From NCBI GenBank assembly GCA_030637655.1, contig DAOWGI010000045.1, positions 1 to 38,379 of the forward strand: 38,379 nucleotides of DNA, in the 5' to 3' direction. The stretch is from a candidate division FCPU426 bacterium (GTDB taxonomy: Bacteria; Oederibacteriota; JAAXVQ01; JAUVAV01). Under the pieces are notes generated by a model, which saw only the letters and a list, made by a program, of their open reading frames with translations, was not told the DNA's origin and ran no database searches. Position 1 is the stretch's first letter. The number at the start of each line of letters is the position of its first letter. Position numbers and translations under genes: made by a program. This document shows positions 27,063-37,256 of this stretch, one piece after another.

Positions 27063-28184
27063 ATGCGATTTAAGGTTACTCATACAGATGGCAATGCCAG
27101 AGTCGGCAAATTAACCTTGCGCGGAAATAAGGTGATAAATACCCCTGTTTTTATGCCCGTTGGCACGCAGGCGACTGTAAAGACGCTTGAACCCAGAGAC
27201 CTACAGTCTCTGGGTGTAGAGATACTTCTATCCAATGCGTATCATCTCTACTTGCGTCCCGGTACTGAGCTGATTCACGAGGCCGGCGGATTGCACAGGT
27301 TTATGAACTGGCCGGGAGGTATTATTACGGATTCCGGTGGATATCAAGTATTTTCACTCTCGGATTTACGGAAAATTAGCGACCACGGCGTGGAATTTAC
27401 CTCGCATTTGGATGGTTCTTCTCACCTGTTTACCCCGGAATCCAATATGCAGTTGCAGCACCATTTAGGAGCGGATATTATAATGGCATTGGATGTATGT
27501 GTTGCCTATCCTTCACCTCAGGAAGAGGTTGAAAAAGCGGTTGAGCTGACTTCAGCCTGGGCACGTCGTTGTCTGCAGGCGCATGAAAAACTTGGCGACT
27601 CGCAATCTTTGTTTGCTATTGTTCAAGGCGGAGTTCTTCCGGAAGCCAGAAAAGCTTCTGCCAAAGATCTGATAGAATTGGATTTTCCAGGCTACGCGAT
27701 TGGCGGTTTGTCTGTAGGAGAAGGTCCTATTCTCATGAACCAAGTCTTGGATGTACTTGATCCGATATTGCCTAAAGCAAAACCCCGATATTTGATGGGG
27801 GTTGGTACTCCTACGGATCTCTGGGACGCTATTGCCAGGGGAGTCGACATGTTTGATTGTGCCATGCCCACGCGAATAGCTCGGAACGGTACCCTGTACA
27901 CATCACGTGGCCGTTTGGTTGTTAAAAATGCTGCTTATGCCCGGGATTGGAATTCCCCGGATCCGGAATGCAAGTGTCCTTTATGCGCGCAACACAGCCG
28001 GGCCTATTTACGTCATTTGTTTAATACGCATGAGATTACGGCCCTTAGACTTTCTACTTTACACAATCTGGCATTCATGCTAAATTTAATCGAAATAATT
28101 AAAAAATCTATAAAAAACGGCACTTTTACAGAAGCCCATAAGGCTTTTATGGCAAAATACCGGTCAGGAGATATCCCGGAATAG
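27063..28184 (+). CDS. tgt: tRNA-guanine transglycosylase
   Basis: TPVFMPVGT, NAYHLYLRPG, TDSGGYQVFSL, PRYLMGVG, DMFDC, CKCPLC zinc site. Confidence 0.97.
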   Translation: MRFKVTHTDGNARVGKLTLRGNKVINTPVFMPVGTQATVKTLEPRDLQSLGVEILLSNAYHLYLRPGTELIHEAGGLHRFMNWPGGIITDSGGYQVFSLSDLRKISDHGVEFTSHLDGSSHLFTPESNMQLQHHLGADIIMALDVCVAYPSPQEEVEKAVELTSAWARRCLQAHEKLGDSQSLFAIVQGGVLPEARKASAKDLIELDFPGYAIGGLSVGEGPILMNQVLDVLDPILPKAKPRYLMGVGTPTDLWDAIARGVDMFDCAMPTRIARNGTLYTSRGRLVVKNAAYARDWNSPDPECKCPLCAQHSRAYLRHLFNTHEITALRLSTLHNLAFMLNLIEIIKKSIKNGTFTEAHKAFMAKYRSGDIPE

Positions 28185-28287
28185 TCTTTTCCTTTAATCA
28201 ATTTTTCCGAGCGCTTAAATAAATGGTATTAAAAATAAAGGTCGTTGTTAAAATGGCCTTTTTTATTAAATCTGAGGAGGAATACTT

Positions 28288-28659
28288 ATGGAAAATTTAA
28301 TGCAATTTGCAATGTCTGCAGCTCCCAATTCAGGAGATGGAAATTCAGGTGGAGCTGCTAATTCTGCGTCAGGGCTGATGTCCCTGATGCCCCTGGTACT
28401 TATCTTTGTCCTGTTTTACGTGCTCTTTATCCTGCCGCAAAGAAAAAAACAAAAACAGCAACTGGAATTACTTAAAACCTTGAAAAAAGGGGATGAAGTC
28501 ATGACCACCGGTGGCATGTTCGGGACGATTTCCGGATTCAATGATCGTGAAAATACAGTGTATCTAAAAATGGGTGAAGGTGTCAAAATAGAGATACAAA
28601 GAAACTCCATTTCAGGTCTGAGAGCATCTTCAACTGCATCCCAAGCTCAAGTAAAATAA
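28288..28659 (+). CDS. yajC: Preprotein translocase subunit YajC
   Basis: FYVLFILPQRKKQK, LKKGDEVMTTGGMFG; follows tgt. Confidence 0.93.
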   Translation: MENLMQFAMSAAPNSGDGNSGGAANSASGLMSLMPLVLIFVLFYVLFILPQRKKQKQQLELLKTLKKGDEVMTTGGMFGTISGFNDRENTVYLKMGEGVKIEIQRNSISGLRASSTASQAQVK

Positions 28660-28700
28660 GCATAATTACTCGGATTTTTTTGGATAAGGGATAAGCGTTC

Positions 28701-30353
28701 ATGAGAGCACAATTATTGTCTGTGATATGTCTGGCAGGTATGCTTATGAGTTCTGTCTGCCAGGCGCGGATGGATGCAGAGAAGTTTCGTCTTTGGTACG
28801 AAAAGTATTACCAGGCTCCGTCAGCAGAAGAAGCATTGTCAGCATTTGATTATTATGTCACCCCGCAACCGCCGGCACATTCCTTGTGGAAAAACGAGAG
28901 TGCCAAACTCGCCTATGCCCGTTTTTTTGCTGTTCTGGCTGAGGCCCAACCGGAACTTTTACGACGTGGCGAACGCTTATTTAGAAAGGCTTCCTGGCAA
29001 CAAAAAAAAATACTGCTGGAAATATTCAAACGATCCCAAGACGAACAACTACGGACCAATTTGCGCTATTGGGCTTTGCAAGAAAAGGATGACGACCGAA
29101 AAATACGAATAGAACAAGCAGCGCTCACAATATTACCTATGGAAGCGTTGTTTGCTTCTTCGATTCGAACCACCGATACTTTAGAAGAACAATGGGCCTG
29201 TTTTTTTGCCCTGGGCAACCCCCGTGTAGTTAATGCCAGTATTGATCTGCTGGGAAATACAGTGCTGGGATATTGCCGCTTAAAGACCAAGGAAGGAACC
29301 AAACGCACTGAGCTCTATCCGAGAGAACGACGTTTACGTGAACGTGCTAAAAAGTATTTGATTCACCGAGCCCCCCGACATCCGCTGGTGCACAAAGCAT
29401 TGCTGCAGCATCCCTGGTTACAGCAATCGAAAGATGGACAGTCATTGTTGGAGATGCTTGCCTATCAAGCCCTGGATTTGTTCAATGCAGACCAGGCTAA
29501 TATAATATTTAACCTCTTGCAGCATTGGGACTCCAACAGTTTGCAACGAAAGCACTATCTGGGAGCAATTGCTGTTTTAGAACAACGTTATAATACGGCC
29601 CAAAGTATTTTGCGTGAATTGGAGCAACAGGACAGGCTGTACAGTGAATGGCTGCGTGCCTACCAAGCGTATGTAAAGCAATTGGAAGCGCAAAAAATGT
29701 GGCAAAAAAGCGCTGTGCCGGCTGGTGGGCACTATTCGGCCTTGCTCTGTAGTCAAGCCTTGGGACAGGCCAAAAGCCTTGGGATCTATGAAGTCTGGAA
29801 ATTGCGAAACATATCTAACCAAGAGCGGCTGCATATTCATTGTGCTCAGCATCTGACAATTATACAAACTCCGGACATACGCTTTCATATGCAATTCAAA
29901 ACACAACCACAAGCAGCTTGGATTATGCAGGCTAACAATACCCGGCGTTGGACGCGACAGAACGAAAAATGGATTACTATTGAAAATAAGCTTGTGTCTG
30001 AACAAATAAAAAGTCTTGCCGGCATTGAAGAAATCAAAAATTTTTTAACCACGCAATATCCCACTGCTATATACAAAATAATCGGTCCGGAATCCGAGTA
30101 TGCCGTCCTGGTATATAAAAAAATAAAATCTTCCAGAATGCTGGAGGACAGTCTTGAGCTGTATTTTCCGGGACAAACCCATAAAATAAAAGAACTGCGT
30201 TTTTGGGCGGATACCCAAAAGGGAAATGTGCTCCGTATGCAGGTGGAAATCACGATAACTCAACACGGCCGGCGTGTTGCTGAAGGTGTTATTGACCGGA
30301 TTTTTTATAATTACAATGCGATGGATTTGTCCTGGACTAAAAAAATGAAATGA
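28701..30353 (+). CDS. Hypothetical exported protein
   Basis: 550-aa ORF in operon context, signal-peptide-like N-terminus; no family recognised. Confidence 0.65.
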   Translation: MRAQLLSVICLAGMLMSSVCQARMDAEKFRLWYEKYYQAPSAEEALSAFDYYVTPQPPAHSLWKNESAKLAYARFFAVLAEAQPELLRRGERLFRKASWQQKKILLEIFKRSQDEQLRTNLRYWALQEKDDDRKIRIEQAALTILPMEALFASSIRTTDTLEEQWACFFALGNPRVVNASIDLLGNTVLGYCRLKTKEGTKRTELYPRERRLRERAKKYLIHRAPRHPLVHKALLQHPWLQQSKDGQSLLEMLAYQALDLFNADQANIIFNLLQHWDSNSLQRKHYLGAIAVLEQRYNTAQSILRELEQQDRLYSEWLRAYQAYVKQLEAQKMWQKSAVPAGGHYSALLCSQALGQAKSLGIYEVWKLRNISNQERLHIHCAQHLTIIQTPDIRFHMQFKTQPQAAWIMQANNTRRWTRQNEKWITIENKLVSEQIKSLAGIEEIKNFLTTQYPTAIYKIIGPESEYAVLVYKKIKSSRMLEDSLELYFPGQTHKIKELRFWADTQKGNVLRMQVEITITQHGRRVAEGVIDRIFYNYNAMDLSWTKKMK

Positions 30354-30363
30354 GTGGCGCTGA

Positions 30364-31710
30364 ATGAAATTTTTTTACATTCATACGTTTGGTTGTCAAA
30401 TGAATGTATACGACTCCGAGCGGTTAACGCAGGCTTTGCAGGACCATGGCTGGACAGTCACAAAGAACAGCGGTCAAGCTGATCTACTCCTGATCAATAC
30501 CTGTACGGTGCGGCAATTGGCAGAAGAAAAAGCCTTTTCGCTAATTGGCAGATGGGCAAAAATGAAAGCGGATCGACCGGATGTCATTGTTGGTATGGTA
30601 GGTTGTTTGGCGCAGCACTTGAGACAAAAAGCTTTTAAACGAGCGCCGGCACTGGATTTCATGGCAGGTCCCAGGGCCCTGATGCGGGTGCCTGAATTGG
30701 CGGAAGAAGCTCGGCAAAAAAAACGGGTAGCAGTGTTTTCTGTATGTAATTTTGGCGGAGGAACCAAGGCTCCGGAGGGAGTGGTGCCTTCTGCCTATGT
30801 GGCAGTGATGGATGGGTGCAATCAGTATTGTACCTACTGTGCCGTGCCTCTGGCGCGAGGACGCGAAAAATCCCGGAGCCAAAAAGAAATTCTAGCTGAA
30901 GTAAAACGGCGTGTTGCTGCCGGGACAAAAGAAATCATTTTATTGGGTCAAAACATTACCCGGTACGGCAGTGATTTGGGACAGAAAATAAATTTAGCGG
31001 ATTTGTTGTGCCGGATTGCCGAGGCAATTCCGGAATTGTCCCGGCTTCGTTTTATCACCGGCCATCCAAGCGCTTTTACGGAGCAATTAATCAAAGCCAT
31101 GGCCGATCTTTCGCCGGTATGCGGTGCCTTGCATCTTCCGCTCCAGTCCGGATCGGATCGGATATTGCAAGCAATGAAGCGTGGCTATACTAGTACGCAG
31201 TATACTGATTTGGCGCGGAAAATACGGGCTTTTGTCCCGGACCTGGTATTATCTACTGACATTATCGTCGGGTTTCCAGGGGAAACAGAGCATGATTTTC
31301 AAGCCACCCTGGATATGGTGAAGCAATGTGATTTTGACATGGCATTTTGTTTTAAGTACTCAATACGCCAAGCCACCATTGCCGCTGAGTTGCCGGATCA
31401 GCTGCCGTTGCTTGAGAAGGAAAAACGATTAGCGCTCTTGCTGGATACGGTGGAACAAAAAGCGGTTGCCAAAAAAGCAGCAATGATAGGGCGTCGTGAA
31501 AAAGTGTTGATCGAGGGGACGGATGTCAAGACCAAGCAACGTTTGCAGGGGAGGACGCGCGGTAATCATATTGTGATTCTGGATGGTCCGCCGGCTTGGA
31601 TAGGCAGGGAAATTGAGGTGGAAATCACAGCTACAGCAAATTGGTCGCTTATGGGAGAAGTGATTTCCCCGCCGGCCGGCATTGTTAACAACGGTCAGGC
31701 AATAGCATAA
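30364..31710 (+). CDS. miaB: tRNA-2-methylthio-N6-dimethylallyladenosine synthase
   Basis: TFGCQMNVYDSE, NTCTVR, GCNQYCTYC radical SAM motif, HLPLQSGSD, TDIIVGFPGET, C-terminal TRAM. Confidence 0.93.
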   Translation: MKFFYIHTFGCQMNVYDSERLTQALQDHGWTVTKNSGQADLLLINTCTVRQLAEEKAFSLIGRWAKMKADRPDVIVGMVGCLAQHLRQKAFKRAPALDFMAGPRALMRVPELAEEARQKKRVAVFSVCNFGGGTKAPEGVVPSAYVAVMDGCNQYCTYCAVPLARGREKSRSQKEILAEVKRRVAAGTKEIILLGQNITRYGSDLGQKINLADLLCRIAEAIPELSRLRFITGHPSAFTEQLIKAMADLSPVCGALHLPLQSGSDRILQAMKRGYTSTQYTDLARKIRAFVPDLVLSTDIIVGFPGETEHDFQATLDMVKQCDFDMAFCFKYSIRQATIAAELPDQLPLLEKEKRLALLLDTVEQKAVAKKAAMIGRREKVLIEGTDVKTKQRLQGRTRGNHIVILDGPPAWIGREIEVEITATANWSLMGEVISPPAGIVNNGQAIA

Positions 31711-31728
31711 CTCTTTTTTGGGCAAAGG

Positions 31729-32784
31729 ATGTTAAAGGTGTCACACAAACGGATTTTTTACAAAAAAAAATTGCTTCTGCTCTCTATCTGCCTGGGTATG
31801 CAGTACCTGGCAATAGTCGTTTGCTCACAGGCGGAAACCCTTTCAGAGGATCACCACTATCAAGCTGCTATGCAATATTTTAATCAGCAACAGTGGCAAA
31901 AGGCCGCGCAGTCATTTCAAGACTTTCAGAGCAAGTTTCCCAAATCGCGTTGGAAATTTGCTGTACAACTGCGGCTGGCGGATTTGGAACCGAATCCGGA
32001 AAGCGCCGTGGATATGTATCGTGGGATTTTGACCAGAGCGGCAAAAAATGAGTTGACCATAGATGCACGTTGGGGTCTGGCACTTTCGTATTTTGTTTTG
32101 GGGTCTTATCGCCAAACTTTGCCGTTATTGGAAAAAGTGCAGCCTAAAAGCAGACTTCGCCAGGCCCAGGCCTTGTATCTGAGTGGTTTAAGCCATATGG
32201 CATTAAAACAATACGCCAAATCGCAAATCTGTTTCCAACAGGTGCTGGAAAAATATTCGGACACACCATGGGTATCCCCGGCATTGGTTGGTTCCGGTGA
32301 AACGGCTTTGGCCTTGAAAAACTATGCCGAAGCTTTGACTGCCTTTGATCGATATTTGCGGGAATACCCGGAAGGTGATTTGACGCCTACGGTCTTGCTG
32401 CAAAAATCCAAAGCCCTGCAAGCCAATGGATTGAGAGAGGAATCCACTCGGACGTTGCATGAATTGGTGACCCGCTATACTGAAAGCTTTGAGGCGGAAA
32501 AAGCTAAAGGCAAACTCTCGGAAGTCCGGGAAAATTTCACTATCCAAGTAGGGGCATTCTCGAAAAAAGAGTACGCCTGGAAATTGGTCGACAAACTCCG
32601 AAAACAAGGCTACAACGCTTATGTTTTGGAGGCCGAATGCGGAAATGAAACATTAACCCAGGTTAGGGTGGGAAGTTATACTACCAGGGAATTTTCAGAA
32701 AAAATTGCCAAGCAATTAGCTAAAAAAGAAAAATTGCCGTACCTCGTATTGCCGTACGTAAAACCGGATACCAAAGGTAATTGA
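31729..32784 (+). CDS. TPR-repeat protein with C-terminal SPOR domain
   Basis: TPR-like helices (FQSKFPKS, YLREYPEG); FTIQVGAFS...QVRVGSY SPOR motif. Confidence 0.85.
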   Translation: MLKVSHKRIFYKKKLLLLSICLGMQYLAIVVCSQAETLSEDHHYQAAMQYFNQQQWQKAAQSFQDFQSKFPKSRWKFAVQLRLADLEPNPESAVDMYRGILTRAAKNELTIDARWGLALSYFVLGSYRQTLPLLEKVQPKSRLRQAQALYLSGLSHMALKQYAKSQICFQQVLEKYSDTPWVSPALVGSGETALALKNYAEALTAFDRYLREYPEGDLTPTVLLQKSKALQANGLREESTRTLHELVTRYTESFEAEKAKGKLSEVRENFTIQVGAFSKKEYAWKLVDKLRKQGYNAYVLEAECGNETLTQVRVGSYTTREFSEKIAKQLAKKEKLPYLVLPYVKPDTKGN

Positions 32785-35435
32785 CTGTGGCCAAAAGCAC
32801 TGCTGAAAAAGTAACGCCCATGATGGCGCAATATCAAAAAATCAAGGCGGAAAACCAGGATTCTTTATTATTTTATCGTTTGGGGGATTTCTACGAATTA
32901 TTCGGAGATGATGCCAAAGAGGCTTCGCGGCTATTGGAAATAACTTTGACAGCACGGTCATCGGGAGAAGGGCGTGCCAATAAAATTCCCATGTGTGGTG
33001 TTCCGCATCACGCGGTTGAGAATTACATTAATCGTTTATTAAAAATAGGTAAAAAAGTGGCGATCGTTGATCAGGTTGAGGATTCGCGTAAAGCCAAAGG
33101 TATGGTCAAACGGGAATTGGTACGCATTATCACACCCGGAACCGTGCTCTCGCCGGAAAGTTTGGATGCCAAGCAAAATAATTATTTAGTGTCTCTGGTG
33201 GGGCAACAAAACAACTATGGTTTGGCAGCCACTGATCTTTCTACCGGTGAATTTATACTAACGGAGTTTACCGGACCGCAATCGCAAACCGAGCTCTTGA
33301 TAGAAATAGGGCGCCTACAACCTGCGGAAATATTATTGCCGGATGATATGGGACCGGAAATACCGAAACGTCTGTCTTTTGCTGCAAGGGCGCACATCAC
33401 AAAACGCGAAGGATATCGCTTTGATCCTGATTCCGGTCGCGCGCACCTATGTGAACATTTTCGTGTAGTTGCCTTGGACGGATTTGGTTGTGCTGATTAC
33501 CATTTAGGTTTGGGAGCCGCATCAGCAGTCATTCATTATCTCGAGGAAACCCAACGCAGTGCCTTGAACCATATACGAAAAATCACTCCCTATTCAGTAC
33601 ATACCAACATGGGTTTAGATGATGCCACCATACGTAATTTAGAGTTGGTACGGAATTTACATGAAGGAACACGTTTGCACACATTGTTGGATGTTTTGGA
33701 TTATACCCAAACGGCTATGGGTGGACGACGTTTGCGTAATTGGGTTTTGCGTCCTCTGTTGTCTTTGGAACAGATTCAAAAAAGACAAGCTGCTGTTGCT
33801 GAGCTTGTGGATACTGTGACGATGCGGCAATCCTTAGCGGAAACACTGGGAAAAATCCAGGATTTGGAACGTCTGGCAGGACGTATTGGCGCGGGGACTG
33901 CCACTCCTCGTGATTTAGTTGCCTTGGGCACAACCCTGCAGCGACTGCCGGAAGTGAAACAAATACTGAAACCGGTTAAATCTTCTCTGCTGGATGAAGT
34001 ACAAACCCAAATGCCGGAATGCCGTGAGATCGCAGCGCATTTGCAGAAGGCTATTGCCAATCAGCCGCCGGTTTCGATCAAAGAGGGAAATATACTACGC
34101 ACCGGATTTCATCCTGAAGTGGATGAACTGCGATCATTGTCCACAGAAGGTAAAGGTACTATTACTGAACTGCAAGCCAGAGAACGAAAAAAAACCGGAA
34201 TCAATTCCCTCAAAGTGGAATTTAACCATGTATTTGGATACTATATCGAGGTATCCAAAGCTAATAGTAAATTGGTGCCTGAACACTATCAACGTAAACA
34301 GACCTTGGTGAATGCGGAACGCTACCTCACACCGGAACTAAAGGAATACGAGAAAAAGGTATTGGGTGCCCAAGAAAAACTGAATGCTTTGGAAGAACAG
34401 CTGTTTTTACAGGTTCGCACTGAAGTGGCAAATGAACTCAATGTAATATTGCAAGCCGGAAGTACTCTGGCTATGTTGGATGCGCTGTTTTCTCTGGCAG
34501 AAGCAGCAGTCAGTAATGATTACGTTAGACCTCACGTGGATGACGAAGATTGCATTGAGATTGTTGCCGGGAGGCATCCGGTAGTCGAAAAGCTAACAGC
34601 AGAAAAATTTATTTCCAATGACATAATATTAGATAAGTCTGAACGTAAAGTGCTTATACTTACCGGTCCGAATATGGCAGGAAAATCAACCTATTTACGC
34701 CAAACCGCACTGATTGTCATTATGACCCAAATGGGTGGATTTGTGCCTGCCAAAAAAGCGCGCATTGGCATTGTGGACCGCGTATTTACTCGGGTGGGAG
34801 CTGCTGATAATTTAGCCGGTGGTCAAAGTACGTTTATGGTTGAGATGAATGAGACAGCCAATATTTTAAACAATGCTACCAAAAAATCTCTGGTAATTCT
34901 GGATGAGGTTGGGCGTGGTACGAGTACTTTTGACGGTGTGTCCATTGCCTGGGCGGTAGCAGAATATTTGCACGATCAGGTGGACGTGAAAACTCTTTTT
35001 GCGACCCATTACTATGAATTAACAGAGCTCTCGCTTTCGAAACCACAAATTAAAAATTATAATATTGCTGTGAGAGAATGGAAAGAAGATATCATTTTCT
35101 TGAGAAAAATTGTAGAAGGAAGTGCGGATCGGTCCTATGGGATTCAAGTCGCCCGTTTGGCCGGTTTGCCACCGGAAGTACTGGCGCGAGCGCGAGAGGT
35201 CTTAGTGAATTTGGAAAAAGCCAATTATACAGAGAATGGAAGCTCGCGTTTGGCTGAACACCTGGATGCTGCCGGCCCGGAACCCATTTTGCAACCATCA
35301 CTGTTTTTACCTGTTCATGACATGAAACTGCAACAGGAGTTAAAACAACTGGTGTTGGAAAACATGACTCCCTTGGATGCCTTAAATACCCTGGCCGCTA
35401 TGAAGATAAAATATACCGCAGACAATAATGAATAA
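32781..35435 (+). CDS. mutS: DNA mismatch repair protein MutS
   Basis: TPMMAQY, RLGDFYELF, PMCGVP, TGPNMAGKSTYLRQ, STFMVEM, DEVGRGTST, FATHY, SYGIQVA. Confidence 0.98.
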   Translation: MTVAKSTAEKVTPMMAQYQKIKAENQDSLLFYRLGDFYELFGDDAKEASRLLEITLTARSSGEGRANKIPMCGVPHHAVENYINRLLKIGKKVAIVDQVEDSRKAKGMVKRELVRIITPGTVLSPESLDAKQNNYLVSLVGQQNNYGLAATDLSTGEFILTEFTGPQSQTELLIEIGRLQPAEILLPDDMGPEIPKRLSFAARAHITKREGYRFDPDSGRAHLCEHFRVVALDGFGCADYHLGLGAASAVIHYLEETQRSALNHIRKITPYSVHTNMGLDDATIRNLELVRNLHEGTRLHTLLDVLDYTQTAMGGRRLRNWVLRPLLSLEQIQKRQAAVAELVDTVTMRQSLAETLGKIQDLERLAGRIGAGTATPRDLVALGTTLQRLPEVKQILKPVKSSLLDEVQTQMPECREIAAHLQKAIANQPPVSIKEGNILRTGFHPEVDELRSLSTEGKGTITELQARERKKTGINSLKVEFNHVFGYYIEVSKANSKLVPEHYQRKQTLVNAERYLTPELKEYEKKVLGAQEKLNALEEQLFLQVRTEVANELNVILQAGSTLAMLDALFSLAEAAVSNDYVRPHVDDEDCIEIVAGRHPVVEKLTAEKFISNDIILDKSERKVLILTGPNMAGKSTYLRQTALIVIMTQMGGFVPAKKARIGIVDRVFTRVGAADNLAGGQSTFMVEMNETANILNNATKKSLVILDEVGRGTSTFDGVSIAWAVAEYLHDQVDVKTLFATHYYELTELSLSKPQIKNYNIAVREWKEDIIFLRKIVEGSADRSYGIQVARLAGLPPEVLARAREVLVNLEKANYTENGSSRLAEHLDAAGPEPILQPSLFLPVHDMKLQQELKQLVLENMTPLDALNTLAAMKIKYTADNNE

Positions 35436-36699
35436 ATTGTCTTATGTCATTCCTCGCTTCCAAGCTTATGGTTGTATAAAAAACTTAGTATTTTTTGAAC
35501 CGTTTTTAATTCTGTATTTGAGAGAAAACGGACTATCCTTTTTACAAATTGGAATTCTCATTGCGCTTCGGGAATTGACCACCAATGTGGTGGAAATTCC
35601 GACCGGAATCATAGCCGATGTAATGGGTCGGCGAAAAGCTATGGTTAGCGCGTTTGTCAGTTATATCTTGAGTTTTCTCCTCTTTTATTTTTTCTCCGAA
35701 ATCCTGATGTTGGCGTGCGCTATGTTAGCTTTTGGTATAGGAGAAGCATTTCGAAGCGGCACGCATAAAGCCATGGTCATGGAATATATGGACCTCAAGG
35801 GAAAGGGAAAAAGCGATGTTACCAAGGTGTTTAGTCAAATTCGCGCCTGGTCCCAAATCGGCGCGGCTATTTCCACCTTGCTGGCTGCCGGCTTGGTATT
35901 CGTTTCCGGGTTATACAAGACTGTCTTTTTAGCCAGCGTTTTCCCCTATGTCATCGGTGCACTGCTGGTATTATCCTATCCACGTGAATTGGACGGGAAG
36001 CTTAGTATAAAAAAAGATATAAAATCGGTCTGGCGTTTTGTGCTCGAATCGTTTAAGCATATAATCGGGAAAATACAACTGCGCCGAATTTTGTTAAACA
36101 GTGCTTTAGACAAAGGGTTGTATAAAGCCTTAAAGGATTATCTGCAACCTGTGGTGGCAGCCGGCGCCTTGCTGTTCTTGCCGTTCTTTACGAAATTCAT
36201 GCCACAGATTGATGAAAAACAGGTCATTGCCATTTCGATCGCCATGGTATATTCCGGGGTTTATGTGCTGAATTCAGTAGCTGCCATGCAAAGTGTACGC
36301 TTGGAAGTATGGCTGAAAGGCGAACACCGAGCATTAAACCTATTGTTTTTGATCTATCTGTTGGTAATGCTATTGGCGTTTGTTGGTTTAGTCTGCCGGT
36401 TATGGTGGTTGACTATTCTTAGTTTTATAGTTCTGGGTGGCACACAAAACGCGCGTCGCCCTATGTTAATGAGCTGTTTGGCAAAATACATGCAGCCGCA
36501 AGAACGCGCTACCGTTATGTCTGTGGAAACACAGGCCCAAACCTTAATGACCATGTTATTTGCTCCGGTCTTGGGATTGGCAGCTGATGTCTTTGGTTTG
36601 CAAGCGGTTTTTATTATTAGCTTTTTTGTATTTGCCCTTATCGGGTATACATTAAGAATTAGGCAGGAACATTGCGTTGAGGAATCCAGCTTTAGGTAA
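35428..36699 (+). CDS. MFS transporter
   Basis: EIPTGIIADVMGRRK motif A-like, GEAFRSG, multiple TM segments. Confidence 0.88.
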   Translation: MNKLSYVIPRFQAYGCIKNLVFFEPFLILYLRENGLSFLQIGILIALRELTTNVVEIPTGIIADVMGRRKAMVSAFVSYILSFLLFYFFSEILMLACAMLAFGIGEAFRSGTHKAMVMEYMDLKGKGKSDVTKVFSQIRAWSQIGAAISTLLAAGLVFVSGLYKTVFLASVFPYVIGALLVLSYPRELDGKLSIKKDIKSVWRFVLESFKHIIGKIQLRRILLNSALDKGLYKALKDYLQPVVAAGALLFLPFFTKFMPQIDEKQVIAISIAMVYSGVYVLNSVAAMQSVRLEVWLKGEHRALNLLFLIYLLVMLLAFVGLVCRLWWLTILSFIVLGGTQNARRPMLMSCLAKYMQPQERATVMSVETQAQTLMTMLFAPVLGLAADVFGLQAVFIISFFVFALIGYTLRIRQEHCVEESSFR

Positions 36700-36705
36700 A
36701 TGCGC

Positions 36706-36912
36706 TTAACCAGCCGGCAGAATAAAAGAAAACTGTGATCCGTGTTGCAAACGGCTGGTAAGTGTAACTGCGCCCTTGTGATTTTCGATGATTTTCTTGA
36801 CCATGTACAATCCCAAACCCGGGCCTTGATAACGATTATGACTATCGCTTACCTGATGAAAAATGTTAAAGATCCGCTCTTTTTCTTCTTCCGGTATACC
36901 TTCGTCTTTAAA
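36706..36912 (-). pseudogene. C-terminal HATPase_c remnant of a histidine kinase
   Basis: Minus strand reads FKDEGIPEEEKERIFNIFHQV...GPGLGLYMVKKIIENHKGAVTLTS...GSQFSFILPAG*; in-frame stop just upstream and no start codon ahead of the domain. Confidence 0.8.
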
Positions 36913-37256
36913 ATCAGTTTCTGAATGTTAACTTCTGAAAAAAAGTGTCGTTTTAGAGAGACTAAAAACCATTTGTTTTTCTAAATTTTTCATGGTATAA
37001 ATTCTAATCGATTAAGAGATTAATTCTAAGAAACATTGTAAAAAATATCATTGATTCACAAATAATATAATTTGCATTGATTGAAGAACGACTTACTATT
37101 TTCAAAAAAGATTTTTATTTAGTAAAAAAAATGATGGAATTTTCCTAAGTCGTAGTTATGGTTAAAACAAATAACTAAAGTGATGTTGATATTATGGAGT
37201 AGAGGAAAAAATAAGGATGTTATAGAAAAGAGTATATTTGTTATGGGAATATTAGG

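Noticed and set aside
36742-36924. 60-aa plus-strand ORF
   Set aside because: Shadow of the minus-strand HATPase remnant
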